The notes under the pieces are model-generated. The model had not been told where the DNA came from. It ran no database searches and saw nothing but the letters and a program-made list of their open reading frames with translations. Shown piece after piece: positions 12,587 to 26,773 of a stretch of DNA of 64,000 nucleotides. How positions within the stretch are numbered: the stretch's first letter is position 1; each line of letters starts with the position of its first letter. Source of the DNA: Zancudomyces culisetae HAW-14-8 (taxonomy: Eukaryota; Fungi; Kickxellomycota); contig JBNJNM010000012.1 in assembly GCA_052426225.1 (NCBI GenBank), forward strand, positions 1,302,001 through 1,366,000, read 5' to 3'. A program made the position numbers and the translations under genes.

Positions 12587-13230
12587 ATGAGGTACCCGAT
12601 GTGGATATGGACTTCTGTAGTAGTTTTGACTGAATGGGATTTGACTTCCTGAGTCTAGGATTTCAGCGATGTTCATAGCTTCGCTCAGTGTTTCAGGTTG
12701 TTCTAGGCTGACCGCCTTTCGTATGTGGGGTTTTAAATTTCTGACATATCTATCGAGAGCCTCTTTTTACTTTACAGTTCCATTGGGTGTCGAAGGTTCA
12801 TTAATTCTTCGGAATATCTGGCTACGGAGATCAATTGTTTTATATAGTGTAGTCTATCGCTTATAGATATTTTTTTCTTGGGTTGAGGAACCTTGTCTTC
12901 AAATCATCATTAAGTGCTTCCCAACTTCCGTAAGGATCTTCCTGGTTATCTGTCAATTCTGTAACCAGATTAGTGCATTTCCCTCTAGATAACTAGCTGC
13001 TGTAGTACTAACTTTTGGTTGTTTTTTTTCACCTGTGTTCTTTGTCCAGAGGTCAAACGTGAACAGCCATTGTTCAATGTCTTACCCCTGTCTACCATGA
13101 TAACTTTTTAAATGAATTTGTGATGTGGACTTTTGCGGTGATGATAGACGTTTGATCAATGTTTCAAATTGGGCTGATTTCATCCTCACTTGTTGATTAA
13201 ATTCGGGTCTTGATTCGGGGTTTGGCTCAT
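12587..13230 (-). pseudogene. Decayed gag N-terminus of the old element that hosts G
   Basis: ATG at 13230 after an LTR-end-like TAACA-G-TGG; reads ..IEQWLFTFDLW..AASYLEGNALIWLQ with stops. Confidence 0.65.
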
Positions 13231-13402
13231 CGTTTCAGACGGCTCCACTGTTAGAGGTGTGTCTGATGTCCCGACTTAAGTGGGTCTTAAGCCCCCCGAT
13301 GGGAAATCAATTCTGTATGGGTAACTCATTTTCCTGTTAACCTACTATTTCTTTAAAAAAACTATTTTGACCCACTACATGGTGGTACTACCAATTGCAT
13401 TG

Positions 13403-13775
13403 TGTCAAGATCTGGACATAACTTAATTAAAATTATTATTAAAGTTTATTGTATGAAAGTATACAATATAATAGATACTTAAAATAATTCTAGAAAATTG
13501 AAATCTTTGTTACATTATTCCATGCTTTTGTTTAAGAACAAAAGCATCAATAAAACTCTAATTATTGAAAATAATGCTAAAATATAACTTGCAATATAAA
13601 CAAATATATTTTGTAGTCAAACATAAATAAAAACCGAATGTTAATAAAATTAAACTTGTGATAATTATTACGTAGAAAAATATATAATTAAGGTAAATTT
13701 ACGGAAATGTTCTGGAATGTTTAGGCACATTCGATTCTAGAACGTTTTCGAACATTTTAGCATCAATTGTTGACA
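13403..13775 (-). repeat. Diverged solo LTR of the G family
   Basis: TGTCAAGATCTGG...TTGACA, collinear with 5984-6395; no TSD. Confidence 0.8.
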
Positions 13776-13779
13776 AATT

Positions 13780-16700
13780 TAATTTACTATATATAATTGA
13801 GTTTTGATATTTGAGCAAAAACCTACCTAAAACCAAAAAAAAACATAGGTAGTGAAGCGTAACACAATTTTCAAAGGGTATCAGAAAGGTATCAGAGTCT
13901 AATTTTTGGACCAAAATTAATCGTTTTGCACATCAAATTTTAGGAGTTGGGCGTAATTTTACCCAGTTTTATCGCATTTATTGAAGCAATAAATACATAA
14001 ACTAAATTAAATATAAGCTAAAAAGGTAGGGTTGACTAGTTAAATAAAGTGAAACTTATTCCAGTAACAATCCCCCTCTATTAGCAGAACTTTTTGTAGG
14101 TTTAGTTGCGGAAATTTCCTGAGAAATTTTCTGCAATCTAAAATTACAACAAACTATGTATATAGTAAACCAAGACATACCTTGAAACAGTTTAGTTTAG
14201 TAATCATATGTTTTTAATTAGTATTATGATTTTTATTACAAGTTTTAAACAGTATATACAAATTTATGCTTTAACTTTCAGTAGTAAAGTTTATGTATCT
14301 TTGTATAGTTTTAATAGTATTTTTTAAGTTAGCAGTAAAAGTATATAAGTGCAGGGAAATAGCACATAATAAAACACATCTTTAATCCAAATAAATAGTA
14401 GTAATAAGTTCTTTTATTCAGTATACTAATATTCAATTGTTAATAATAACAATATTAACGGATATTTGGTATAGTAAGTGAATAGGATAAAGTTCAAGTA
14501 TATTTTAAGTTATTAAAAGTTTAAGTTAAAATAAAAATATAACAACTAATGTCGTATAGCAGATACGACATTTTTTTGATTAGTTTTTTTTGCTGGCAAA
14601 TTTTTCTAATCGCTAAAACATAGCATAAAAATTATAAAATTTGATAAAGTAGATAAAAAATTAGTTAGTTTTAGTTTTTTAGTTTTTTTAAGTTTTTTTT
14701 AGTCAAAAAATAAAGAATTAGTAATAGAATAAACAAAAAGATATACAAAATATAAGTACAAAACTATATATAATATACACTGTTTTCAATACATAGTAAT
14801 ATTTAATATACAAGAATAGCATAGTGTTGAAAGTTAGGATATAAGTTTTATAATAAAAATATATTTTAAACCCAAAAAATATAACAGTGGCGATCACGGT
14901 GGGACTAGTTGAAACAGACTAGTCCAGTTCACGATAAGAGCAAGACAGACGTAGATAAACTTATTAGATGAATAGCAAACATAATTTCTACATAATTAAT
15001 ACGAATCAAAGATAGCATGACAATTACAACACCTAAAACGTTTGAGGTGAACAAGGGTATAGACCCTGAGGAGTGGATAGAGGATTTTAAACTTATAGCA
15101 AAACTGAATGGATGGAATGATTTTGATCTGATTGACTTAGTAAAACTATTCTTGGGAAGCAGGGAAAAAATTTGGTATAAAAAGAATAGGACAACTTTTA
15201 ATACTTGGGATGAGCTAGCTAAAAAATTTAAGGAAAAGTTTAGTACTAAAAGCTCAAAAGGAAAAGTGTGGGAAAGACTAAGATCTATCAAACAGACAGA
15301 ATTCGGAAACGTTGATGAGTTCGAGGTAGAACTCGTTCAGTTGTTAGATCAAGCAAAGATTAAGGATGAAGAGATAAGGTTTGACATCCTCCTTAGCACA
15401 CTCAAATGGGAGACAAAAGAAAAGGTGGAGTCATTAGATATCAAAAAGTGGGAAAGAGTTATGGAGCTATTGTTGAATGAGGAAGGATCTACAGAGAGTA
15501 TACCTCGCAAGCAGGAACTCAGAGAGAAAAGTAGCGGGCCAAGTAAAGAATATAATGCTAACGCAGCGTCAAGGGGAAAGAGTGTAAAGGACCTGGCAAA
15601 GCAGCAAATACCTATGGGAGACATGTTGAAAAAGTTTGAAGAAATGAGTGTCAGTTTAATAACCAAGGTAGAACAATTAGTGGATAAGAGATTAAAAAAG
15701 GCTACAGTGAGTAGCCATAGACCACAACCTTACGTGGTTAGATGTTACTACTGCAATGAACAAGGGCACCGCAGGTACGAATGCCCGAAGATGAAGGAAA
15801 GTGAACCAAGAGATAGTGGAAAGGTAGATATACAGAAAAGTATAAACTACATAGAGTTAGATAGGAATACGGACACAGATGAAAACAATGCAGACGTGTT
15901 TGCGGTAGATAAGAGAAAACACAACGAGGTAGCTGGTGGCAGTAGTGAGCAAAGAGCTTCAAGATACAAGACCACACGTGTGAGCAGAGACTCATTTCAA
16001 GGAGCCGAACCAAGTATCATAGGCAGTTCAGTTACTGAGTTCAGAGAAGGAACCACTATTAATGATGGTGGTACAGCACATAGCAAGCAGTCGTCTAGAA
16101 GCCAACAAACACTGAAAAACAGTAACAAGACGTTTTCCATTGTAGAGGAGCTGCGGAAGGTACATCCAAAGATAGACGTGTTACAACTGCTAGAAAGCGC
16201 TCCGGCATTGTCAGAAGAATTGACAAATTTCTTAAGAAAAGAAAAGGCTGCTGAGTTAAATGAAATTCAGTTGCAGGAGAAGAAAACATCAAACTGTCGA
16301 ATATTAGTTAATGTTTTCGGACAGAAGCTATGGGCGGTGGTGGACACGGGAGCAGCTTGCTCCGTAGTCACATACAATTTAGTAGAAGGCTGGGGAATCG
16401 AACTGGATAGCAAAAAAGGATTGACATTGGTTACTGCAGACGGGAAGCGTCACAGTACATTAGGAAAAGTCAATCAGGTTCCCGTAATGATCTCAAGTTT
16501 CACCCTCCCGGTAAACTTAGTAGTGATGTCAAGGAATGATGACACTCTCATACTAGGCACAGATTGGTTACTTCAACACCGAGTATCCTTGAATCTGAAA
16601 GTACCAGAGCTTCGAATACCAGTAGAAAACGTTGAGATAGTAACCAGACTAGAAACGTCTTGTGAAGAAGGGCCAGAGGAGGAAGATACAGAGTTATACA

Positions 16701-17601
16701 CCGTTATTAAAGACACACCAGTAGGCGTAGGAACATCGCAGGGAACTGAGTTTAAGGACGTAATTAGCGAATACAAGAGCTTGTTCGTTAATGATCTTTC
16801 GGAGTTAACTCAGACAGGAGTTACAGAACATCGAATAGTGCTAAATGACAACATGCCAATTAGGCTAAGACCCTATAGAATTCTATTCAGACTACAAGAA
16901 GAAGTTGCAAACCAGTTAGTAGAAATGGAGAAACAAGGGATCATATCGCCCACTACTTCTGAGTGGTGCGCTCCCGTAGTTGTCGTTCACAAAAAGAACG
17001 GAAAAATCCGTATTTGCGCAGACTATCGCCGGTTAAATGAGGTAACGAAAAAGGATAGTTATCCACTTCCCGTTATTGCGGATCTGTTTATGGCTCTATC
17101 AGGTGCAGCCATCTTTAGCTCGCTTGACGCCATGAGCGGATTCTGGCAAATAAGAATGCACCCGGCAGCTAAATCGAAAACAGCTTTCGCCATACCCGGT
17201 AGCGGTGCGTACGAATATAACGTTATGCCGTTCGGACTCACCAACAGTCCGGCGACATTTCAGCGAGCGATGGAAAAGGCGTTAAATGCAGTGTTGTGGA
17301 AGTGCGCAGTCGTCTTTGTAGATGATGTTATAGTTTATTCAAGGAGTGTAGAGGAGCATAGAGAAGATCTAAAACGAGTTTTGTCGTTACTTAAGGAGCA
17401 TAACATACAATTGCATTCGGATAAGTGCGTAATAGGTTTCACAGAGTTGGAATACCTTGGACACACAATCTCAAAAAATGGAATAGGGACAAGTGCTAAG
17501 AAGGTAGAAGCTATTATGAATATTAGGTCACCACGCAACGTAAAGGAATTACAATCGGCACTGGGATTAACAGGCTATTACCGTCGATTCATACCAAACT
17601 A
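13780..17601. repeat. Right arm of the inverted repeat (partner 1-3820)
   Basis: Reverse complement of the left arm. Confidence 0.95.
14888..14905 (+). promoter_or_regulatory. PBS of A (tRNA-Arg-like 3' end)
   Basis: TGGCGATCACGGTGGGAC, 1 nt after the LTR; tRNA identity is by resemblance only. Confidence 0.7.
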
Positions 17602-19455
17602 TGCAAAGGTTACACAGCCAATTACTAAGTTACTCAGAAAGCAAAGTGTATGGAGCTGGGATACAGAGCAGGAAGCAGCATTGAGACAGCTAAAGGAGCT
17701 AATGGCATCGGCGCCTGTACTTGGACATGCCGATTGGACTAGAGAATTTGTTATTACGACGGATGCTTCAATCGTAGGAATAGGAGCGATACTGACTCAA
17801 TTCACAGACGAAGGCAAAAAGGTGATAGAATACGCAAGCAGAAGGACTACAAAATCTGAAAAAAACTACGCCATTAGCCATCTTGAGGGGCTCGCGGTCA
17901 TCTGGGCCGTGAAAAAGTTTAAGTTCTACGTTTATGGAAAAAAATTTAGAATTAGAACGGATCATAAGTCCTTGCTGCAGTTATTCCATGGTTCGGAAAT
18001 CACAGGAAGAGTTGCCCGCTGGGCAATGTATCTCCGTAACTTTGACTACGAAATAGAACATCTACCAGGAGCCGTTAATCCGGCAGATGCACTTTCCCGG
18101 CTACTGCACCAGGAAGAGTCGGAAAAAACTATTAACGAACTGAAGGTGTATGCTAAGGACAGACTAGAGTATGAGGATATTACATCCTATATTGTTGATG
18201 GGACACTGCCCAATCAAGCTGATGAGGAGTACAAGAGGAGGCTTAAGAGGGGGGCAAAACATTATATAGTCACGGATGGTAAGTTATTGAAAGTAGTAAA
18301 TAACACAACTAAAGTAGTATTACACTCAGAAAACAGCAGAGCTCTGATAAGATCAATTCATGAGGAGGGTCATGAAGGGATCGAAAACACTTGGAATAAA
18401 GTCACTCAAAAATACACAGGCAGGAACTTGTATAAGGAAGTTAAACAGATAGTGGAAAGTTGCAGGACACGCCAGCATTATAAAGGGGCAAGATCGCGAC
18501 GACACCCGTTGGTTCCGATATTATCTTCAAAGCCATTCCAAATTGTCGGAATTGACGCAGTCGGTCCCATCTCACCGGTCTCGGCTAATGGTAACAGGTT
18601 CATTCTGACGGCAATCGATCTGTTTACTAAATGACCTATTGCAGCTGCCGTTCCAAACATCCAGAGTAATACGATTGTAAACTTTTTAGTAAACGAAGTG
18701 GTAGCATACTATGGTGTTCCACAACAGCTGATAAGCGATAGAGGACCGAGTTTTTTATCTGAAGCAGCAACACAGGTATATGAGTGGCTTGGTATAAATC
18801 ATACCCCGACGACCGCCTACCGACCCCAAAGTAATGGGCAGGTAAGCAACTGAATCAGACATTAGTTACCGTGCTTATAAAGCAGTGTCGGAATGATAAG
18901 CAAAGTTGGGATTCATATTTGTGAAAAACCTTGCTAGTAATCAGAACATTACGGAATAAATCAACTGGATTATCACCAGCTCAGATGCTATACGGTATCG
19001 ATTTGGAGTTACCGTCTACATGGAATTATAATGGAGACATAGATAATATCGAGGAATTGATAATTAGTAGAGTGAAGCAGATTAAAGACGAGTTGCCACA
19101 GTTGAGAGAAATAGGACTACGAAGATCAGTAAAGTCTAAACAGATGCAAGCGGAAAGATATAATGTGAAGGTAAAACTATTTAGGTTCGAACCGGGTGAA
19201 TTTGTTTTGAAACTAGTGGATATGGAACGATCGAAACTGGAGCATTATTGGGAAGGCCCGTATAGAGTGGAAAGAGTACTGAGTAAAGGGACATATATCA
19301 TAAACGATAATGAAGGCAACCGGGAGCTCGTTCATGGAGATATGTTGAAGAAGTATATATCGAGTAACCACATGATCCCTGATGTAACAACCACTCTGAA
19401 GACAAAACTCAAACGGTTCAAGCAGCCAAGGCGCGATGAGGGCATCCGCGCTTAA
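15017..19455 (+). pseudogene. gag-pol of A (single ORF; integrase broken)
   Basis: CYYCNEQGHRRYEC, VDTGA, FVDD, TDAS and GPY motifs; TGA at 18632 and 18922, and a 1-bp deletion near 18845. Confidence 0.92.
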
Positions 19456-19806
19456 GGGGGGGAATCTGTCGTATAGCAGATACGACATTTTTTTGATTAG
19501 TTTTTTTTTGCTGGCAAATTTTTCTAATCGCTAAAAAATAGCATAAAAATTATAAAATTTGATAAAGTAGATAAAAAATTAGTTAGTTTTAGTTTTTTAG
19601 TTTTTTTAAGTTTTTTTTAGTCAAAAAATAAAGAATTAGTAATAGAATAAACAAAAAGATATACAAAATATAAGTACAAAACTATATATAATATACACTG
19701 TTTTCAATACATAGTAATATTTAATATACAAGAATAGCATAGTGTTGAAAGTTAGGATATAAGTTTTATTATAAAAATATATTTTAAACCCAAAAAATAT
19801 AACACT

Positions 19807-20202
19807 TGTCATATAAAATTGGCGTGATTACCCCTGGACTACAATAAAGGTAATACCAGTTTCTCGTTTATTATTTATTAGTTATTATTTACTTGTGAGA
19901 AGATTGAACTTTTCTCCCGAAGAGGGTTTTATCTGACTTCTCTGATAATAGGTTCTTTTGTTATCAGTTTTTTATTGAGATAAATTTTAGATAGAAGTTA
20001 ATATTTTTATATATTTTATATATTTTATAAGAGAAATAAAAAAAAAGTATAATATAATAAAAGACTGTCCACGCCTCCATAATTGTTAGTTACGCAACAA
20101 GATAGTTTAAACTCTCTCTTGAAAGTAAATAGCAAGGTGTTTAGACACTTATTACCCATAACGGGTATAAAATATTTTAAATAATAAATAAAATATTTTA
20201 CA
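19807..20202 (+). repeat. Solo LTR C (family of the element H LTR)
   Basis: TGTCATAT..AAATTG start and internal blocks shared with 34059-34456; begins 2 nt after LTR A. Confidence 0.8.
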
Positions 20203-20203
20203 C

Positions 20204-21450
20204 TGTCGCAATAAGCCGAATTGTAATGCAAATTCGAATAGTGTACAAGAAATTTTGTTGTACACTCATTGCGGAATGCCAATTTTTATAATTTTTATTG
20301 TCGTTTAAATTTTTGTTCAAATTAATTTCGACTCAGCATGAAATAAATTCTACATGCTGAGTCCATTCAATAATGATGATTCTAGTACGAAATATGTTTT
20401 CATACTGAATATCAAATAATTTTAATGATTATGTGTTCCCACACATAATCTTAATTGCACGTATGCTGCAATTATGAAACAAAACTATTAGTATACTTAA
20501 CAGCATAATAATAGTGTATAGTTAATTTATTATATTGAAAAACTAGGTTAGCATTTAAGTTTTATATCATATATATAATTGATATAGTAGTCTATTAGGT
20601 AACTTTTCCATGTCCTACTTTACGGATTAAATAGTATAGTTAATAAACTCAATAAAACAAACTTTAAAAGTATATACATATAATAAATAACCAAACATCA
20701 TGAACTATTTCTTTTATACCAAGAGTAAATCCAAGAGGGATTCTGAAACTAGCTCCAGCCTGAGCACGGCTAGTAGCATGGACCAAGAGACTGGGGTTTT
20801 AAGTCCTCGGACTCTTGGGGAGTTGACAGAAAGTGTCCGTCAACTCCAAATCCGTAGGAGCCCAGAACCAATGTCCGTGAGCAGTATCTCACCGACATTG
20901 TATAGGGGAAACAGCTCACCCGAGCACCTTATTATGCACATCACACTACGGGGTAGTGGTGCATCTTCATCAAGTGGTCATACCCGAACTGGTATGACAC
21001 ATGATGAACTTAATAATCATGGTTACACGAATTATGATTATTACGACAACACTAATGTCGCATCAATGAGCGACAGGATGTACATCACACGGGTGCTTTC
21101 GTGTGATGTGCAAAGACTTACACGGTGTTTTTCACCTATGAGGTTTTTCCCGTGTAAATCTCTATTAATTTTTATATTAATTTTATATTAATTTTATCAA
21201 TGTTTCTTATATAGTTATAATATAGTTAGTTTATTATAAAATATGAGAGATCAGATATAAGGCTAATTATCTGACCTACTGAATTCAGTATCTTTTTTTT
21301 TTAGTTTATAATCAAAAATAAACACATTAAGCCATTGAATCTGGGTCCTACCGTCTTCAGGTAGTTATTAGATTATAGTATAAACTTTCAAAATACTTGT
21401 TAAGGCGGTAAAGTCGGGTAAAACCGACAAGGAAAAATTAAATTCCGTCA
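20204..21450 (+). mobile_element. Long LTR-like unit D carrying a small ORF
   Basis: TGTCGCA start; homologous to 34461.. and 46298-47332; right end approximate. Confidence 0.65.
20700..21191 (+). CDS. Ser-rich protein of unknown function inside unit D
   Basis: 163-aa ORF; a 58-codon core is conserved with 46424..47020, mostly with synonymous differences. Confidence 0.6.
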   Translation: MNYFFYTKSKSKRDSETSSSLSTASSMDQETGVLSPRTLGELTESVRQLQIRRSPEPMSVSSISPTLYRGNSSPEHLIMHITLRGSGASSSSGHTRTGMTHDELNNHGYTNYDYYDNTNVASMSDRMYITRVLSCDVQRLTRCFSPMRFFPCKSLLIFILILY

Positions 21451-21452
21451 CT

Positions 21453-24400
21453 TGTCGTATAATAATACGATGGGAACTAAAATTGATTGAGATTTATCAT
21501 CTCAATTTTCATCTATCTAGTTATTGATTTTTATAGGTTATCTTTATTTTTAGATTGGACCTTTTTCCCCTTGTGGTTTTTGTCCAACGATTATTAGTTA
21601 GTTAGTTTAAGTTATAGTTTCATAGTTTTATATCAGAAATCGGGGGTAAAAGGAATCCCCCACTTCATTCAAAATAAATTTTATCTTTCAACAAAATAAT
21701 ATGGTGTCTAGCTACATTATATACTATAAGTACAACATTATAAATAAATATACAATATAGTAGTAGTTTTAAATACATTAATAATCAGAATAAGAATAAA
21801 CAATAGGGAAAGCTGTTTATACGACAGTGGCGCTCCCAGCTAGGCCATAGCTAGAAAAACTAAATAAAAACTATATAAAGAACTTGAGTACATTGTGAGA
21901 ATGAACACCATACACTTATTTGAGGCAGCTTCTGGTGAGGATCCTGAGGAATGGATCGCAGACTTTTGTCTAGTAGCTAAATTAAATAAGTGGGATAAAG
22001 ATGATTGGATAGACTTTATTCAATTGTATTTAGGCAAAATTGAGAAGTTATGGTATAAGAAGCATAAGACGGCATTTAAGGATTGGGCCGACTTCAAAAC
22101 GCAGTTCACTACACAGTACCAAGTTAAGGAACAGAGATTTCAGTATTATGAAAAGCTCAAAAATATTGACCAAAATTCCTTTGAAACAGTTGAGGAATTT
22201 GAGTACAACTTGGAAAATATATTGGATAAAGCGGGGATAAACGAGGACGTAGCCAAGATAGACTGGTTACTGAGCGCACTTAATACAGATTCAAGAAGTA
22301 TAGTCAAAGAATTCAGACTTAAAACCTGGAAGAGTATTATAGAGAAGTTAAAGAAAGTTCAAGAAGAGGCTGTCCACAAGCAAGTACAAGTGGATAATAC
22401 AAGTAAAGTTCAAAAACCCAGCATAACCACAAAAGGGAAATCCATAAAGCAGTTGACCAATGAAAATGTAGGGTATGAACAGATGGTCAAAAAGATGGAT
22501 GAGTGGAGTCTGAACATTATTTCAAAAGTTGATGAGACTATTGAAAAAAGATTAAAAAATACAAATGTCTTTCCTTACAAACGGGAAAACCCCAGAGTTG
22601 TCAAATGTTATTATTGTCATCAGTTAGGTCACCGAAAGTATGAATGCAATAAACTCAAAGAACAGCAGGCTCAGGAACAAAGTAAAATAGATAAGGACGT
22701 AAGTTTTTTAGAAGTTTGCAGCTCACAACAAAATGACAATGAAGTACTAGCAGTACAAAGAACACCCCGCACACAGGATACCAAAAAGCCGTACAACAAG
22801 ACTAAGCCGTTACAGCTGAGACAAAAAGGGTACACACCCATAACAGAATATGACAGGGCTATAGAGAGACAAGATATAGTTATGGAAACAGGTGAACCCG
22901 AAGTAGTTTCAAGAATAGGAAACACAACAGCTGGCCTTGACTCGCGTAGAAGAGAGACATCAAAAACTGGAGAAAAGTTAGAAGATAGTGTTAAGCAAGT
23001 AGAGAAACCTAGGGCAAAGGGTGTACTAGGAATGGCAGAAGGAATACCGCCCTTTTCGTTAAAAGAACAGTTATCAAGTTGGTGTCCCAACATATCTTTT
23101 CCACAGTTGATGGATGTTTCACCTAGTTTAAATAACGAGATGATAAGTTTGTGTAGACGTAGTAAAAAAGCTGAATTAAATGAAATAAGATTTGACATAC
23201 CTAGAGTTACAAATTGCAAGATTAGAATATCAATTTTTGAATCAAACTTTTGGGCAGTAGTAGACACAGGTGCAGCGTGCTCAGTAGCTGCACCGGGATT
23301 ATTAGAACAGTGGGGGCTCATAGCGGAAGATGAAGGTGATCAGATTATAATTACGGCCGATGGAAATAAGCACTATTCGTTAGGTAGAATAATGGATGTC
23401 CCATTAATGATAGGCAGGTACAAGTTCACAGTCAATCTGACAGTAATGGATAGAAACGACAACACGCTCATTTTAGGTACAGACTGGTTGTTAGAACACA
23501 AGGCCCAATTAAATCTGAAGACATCGGAAATGAAACTGCCAGTTGAACAGTTTGAGTTGATAGTACCTTTACATACTTCAGCTCCCTCGTTGCCCTCTAG
23601 CAAAAATACATCCGAGCTTTATTATGTTCTTAAAGAAGAAGTAGCAGAAATAAATGGGCTGCAGCGCTACAATGATATGCGGTTTGACTAAATTAAACAA
23701 GATAATAGTGATATCTTTGCCGATGACATTGAGCAATTGACTCAGACTGAGGAAGCTGAACATAGAATATTGTTGAATGACGAAACCCCAGTAAAGCTTA
23801 AACCATACAGAATTCCGCACCATTTGTATAGCAAGGTACGCGACGAACTCAAGAAAATGGAAGAGAAAGGAATAATTTCCCAGTGTGTGTCCGAATGGTG
23901 TGCACCAGTTGTTACCATTTGGAAAAAAAATGGCAAACTGCGTGTGTGCACTGATTATAGGAGGCTGAATTTACAAACAAAGAAGGATTCCTATCCGCTG
24001 CCGACGATGGAGGATATTTTCATGGCATTGTCTGGTTCATCAGTGTTTTCAACTCTAGACGCTCTTAGCGGATTTTGGCAAATCCGCATGGCCAAAGAGG
24101 ATAGGTTGAAAACAGCGTTCTCTATTCCGGGTACCGGGACGTACTGCTATAATGTCATGCCATTCGGTTTGACAAACAGTCCCGCGTCTTTTCAACGTAT
24201 GATGGAGAAGGTTCTATCTCCTGTGCTTTGGAAGTTTGCTGTAGTCTTTGTGGATGATATTATCATCTACTCAGAAAATATTGAAAGTCATTTATTGCAT
24301 CTCCAGGAAATATTTGATTTATTGCGAAAAAGTAAAGTACAACTACATTCTGACAAGTGATTCATTGGAATGAAGGAGTTGGAATACTTGGGACATGTCG

Positions 24401-26764
24401 TGTCGCCACAAGGTCTAAGGACAAGTAAGGCTAAGGTGGAATCAATAGAAAAAGAAAAATTACCTACCACCGTAAAGGAGTTACAGTCCTTTTTAGGGCT
24501 AATTGGTTTTTATAGAAAATACGTAAATGGGTTTTCTAAAATTGTTGCGCCATTGTTAAAACTGTTAAAAAAAGGAACAGAATGGAAATGGACACCTGAA
24601 TGTGGACAAGCAGTTACAAAAATCAAACATGAATTAACGAATGCACCAACCTTGGCACATCCTGACTGGAGCCGAGAATTTATAGTAACTACTGATGCAT
24701 CAGTTACAGGCATTGGAGGTATATTGTCACAGAGTTACGATGAAGGAGAAAGACCAATTTGTTATGTGAGCCGAATCACAAACCAACATGAAAGAAATTA
24801 TTCTATTTCTCATTTGGAAGGTCTTGCAGTTGTCTGGAGTATCAAGAAGTTAAAGTATTATTTATGGGGTAAGCACTTTACCGTGCGTACTGACCATAAG
24901 TCATTAATTCAACTTTTCAATTCAACAGAAATTACAGGTAGAGTAGCCCGTTGGGCTATGATACTTCGTAACTACGATTATACTATTGTCCATTGCGAAG
25001 GAAAAAGCAACCCCGCAGACGCCTTATCACGTTTAGGACCAGAGATTAGCAAATCAAATAGAGATAAGATTGATATATTTACTTTGGATTTTTTATACTA
25101 TCAAGCTATTATTAACTATCTGAATGACTATAGTTACCCACGAAATGCAGATGAAGGGTTTAGAAACAAGTTAAGAAATAGAGCTAAAAAATACAGAGTG
25201 AAGGATGGAAAGCTAGTAAGGATTATCAAAGGGAATATAAAAGAGGTGCTACATGAAAAAAATATAAGGGAAACTATAGAAGCAATTCATGAAGAGAATC
25301 ACGATGGCATACAGAACACTTGGAGGAGAACCAAGGAAAAATATACAGGTGAAGGTCTTTTTGACATGGCGAGAACAGTAGTAGGACAATGTCATACTTG
25401 TCAAGTCTATAAAGGAGGAAGGGAAAAAAGGAATCCCCTTCACCCTATTCAGGCAAATAGGCCATTCCAGATTTTTGGTCTAGACGCAGTTGGTCCCATA
25501 AGACCAATTTCAAAGAAGGGAAATAGATTTATTTTAACTGGCATAGATTATATGACAAAGTGGCCAGTAGCGCAGGCAGTAGAGAACATTCAGTCAACGA
25601 CCATAATCAACTTTATCATAACACACATTGTGCAACATTTTGGAGTTCCAGATCAGATAATTACCGATCGAGGAGCAGGTTTTGTAAGTGAGTTTACTTC
25701 TAAAGTATATGAATATCTTAACATAAAGCATACACCTACGACCTCGTACCGTCCACAGAGCAATGGACAGGTCGAGCGTCTTAATCAAACACTTAAAAAC
25801 GTATTGGTAAAGCAATGTCATCGAGATAAAGGCAACTGGGATCTGCATCTCTGGAAAACGTTATTAGCTGTAAGAACAATGCGAAATCGGACGACGTCAT
25901 ATTCACCAGCAGAATTATTGTATGGGGTCAGATTACTCACTCCTACGATTTGGAATCCTCCTGCTGAACCTAGTGATATTGAGTTAGCAATTAAAGAAAG
26001 AATTGAATTCATCAAAACGGACATACCAGAAATGAGATCAGCAGGTTATGCAAATAGTATTGCCTCAAAAGAAAAAGAGAAGAAGACATATGATAAAGGA
26101 GTTAGAGAAATGTATTTCAAGGAGGGAGATATCGTGTTAAAGCTTACTGAGCAACCGCAACCAAAGTTAGAGCAGATATGGGAAGGCCCATATCATGTAC
26201 AAAGGAGACTAAGATTAGGTGCTTACGTTATTGCGGACAGCGAAGGAAATCGTGATATCGTAAACGGAGATATGTTAAAGCTCTATAGTCAGAAACAATA
26301 CATGCTTCCTGAAGTAAGTAACACTCTGAGATCCAAGTTACAACGCTTTAGAGACACTAGGCCGGCCAGTCCAATCTGGAGGAGGGGTTCTGTCGTATAA
26401 TAATACGATGGGAACTAAAATTGATTGAGATTTATCATCTCAATTTTCATCTATCTAGTTATTGATTTTTATAGGTTATCTTTATTTTTAGATTGGACCT
26501 TTTTCCCCTTGTGGTTTTTGTCCAACGATTATTAGTTAGTTAGTTTAAGTTATAGTTTCATAGTTTTATATCAGAAATCGGGGGTAAAAGGAATCCCCCA
26601 CTTCATTCAAAATAAATTTTATCTTTCAACAAAATAATATGGTGTCTAGCTACATTATATACTATAAGTACAACATTATAAATAAATATACAATATAGTA
26701 GTAGTTTTAAATACATTAATAATCAGAATAAGAATAAACAATAGGGAAAGCTGTTTATTCGACA
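21453..26764 (+). mobile_element. Ty3/Gypsy element B, full length; LTRs 21453-21826 and 26391-26764; TSD CACT
   Basis: 374-bp LTRs (one mismatch seen); PBS TGGCGCTCCCAGCTAGG at 21828; PPT GGAGGAGGGG; ends 9 nt before tRNA-Phe. Confidence 0.95.
21901..26400 (+). pseudogene. gag-pol of B with two in-frame stops
   Basis: Three same-frame ORFs (to 23691, 24360, 26400) with CCHC, VDTGA, FVDD, TDAS, HHCC, DDE and WEGPY motifs. Confidence 0.92.
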
Positions 26765-26773
26765 CACTAAAAT

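Larger units (their letters stand above)
14550..19804 (+). mobile_element. Ty3/Gypsy element A, full length, no chromodomain; LTRs 14550-14886 and 19467-19804
   Basis: Near-identical ~337-bp LTRs; PBS; PPT AAGGGGGGGAA; reconstructed TSD CTAA. Confidence 0.95.

Noticed and set aside
17300-17345. FVDD/FIDD instead of YxDD in RT as a novelty
   Set aside because: FxDD is common in Ty3/Gypsy RTs.
1-17601. Simple fold-back read artefact
   Set aside because: A 10-kb unique spacer and diverged inner arm ends argue against it, though reads are needed to exclude misassembly.
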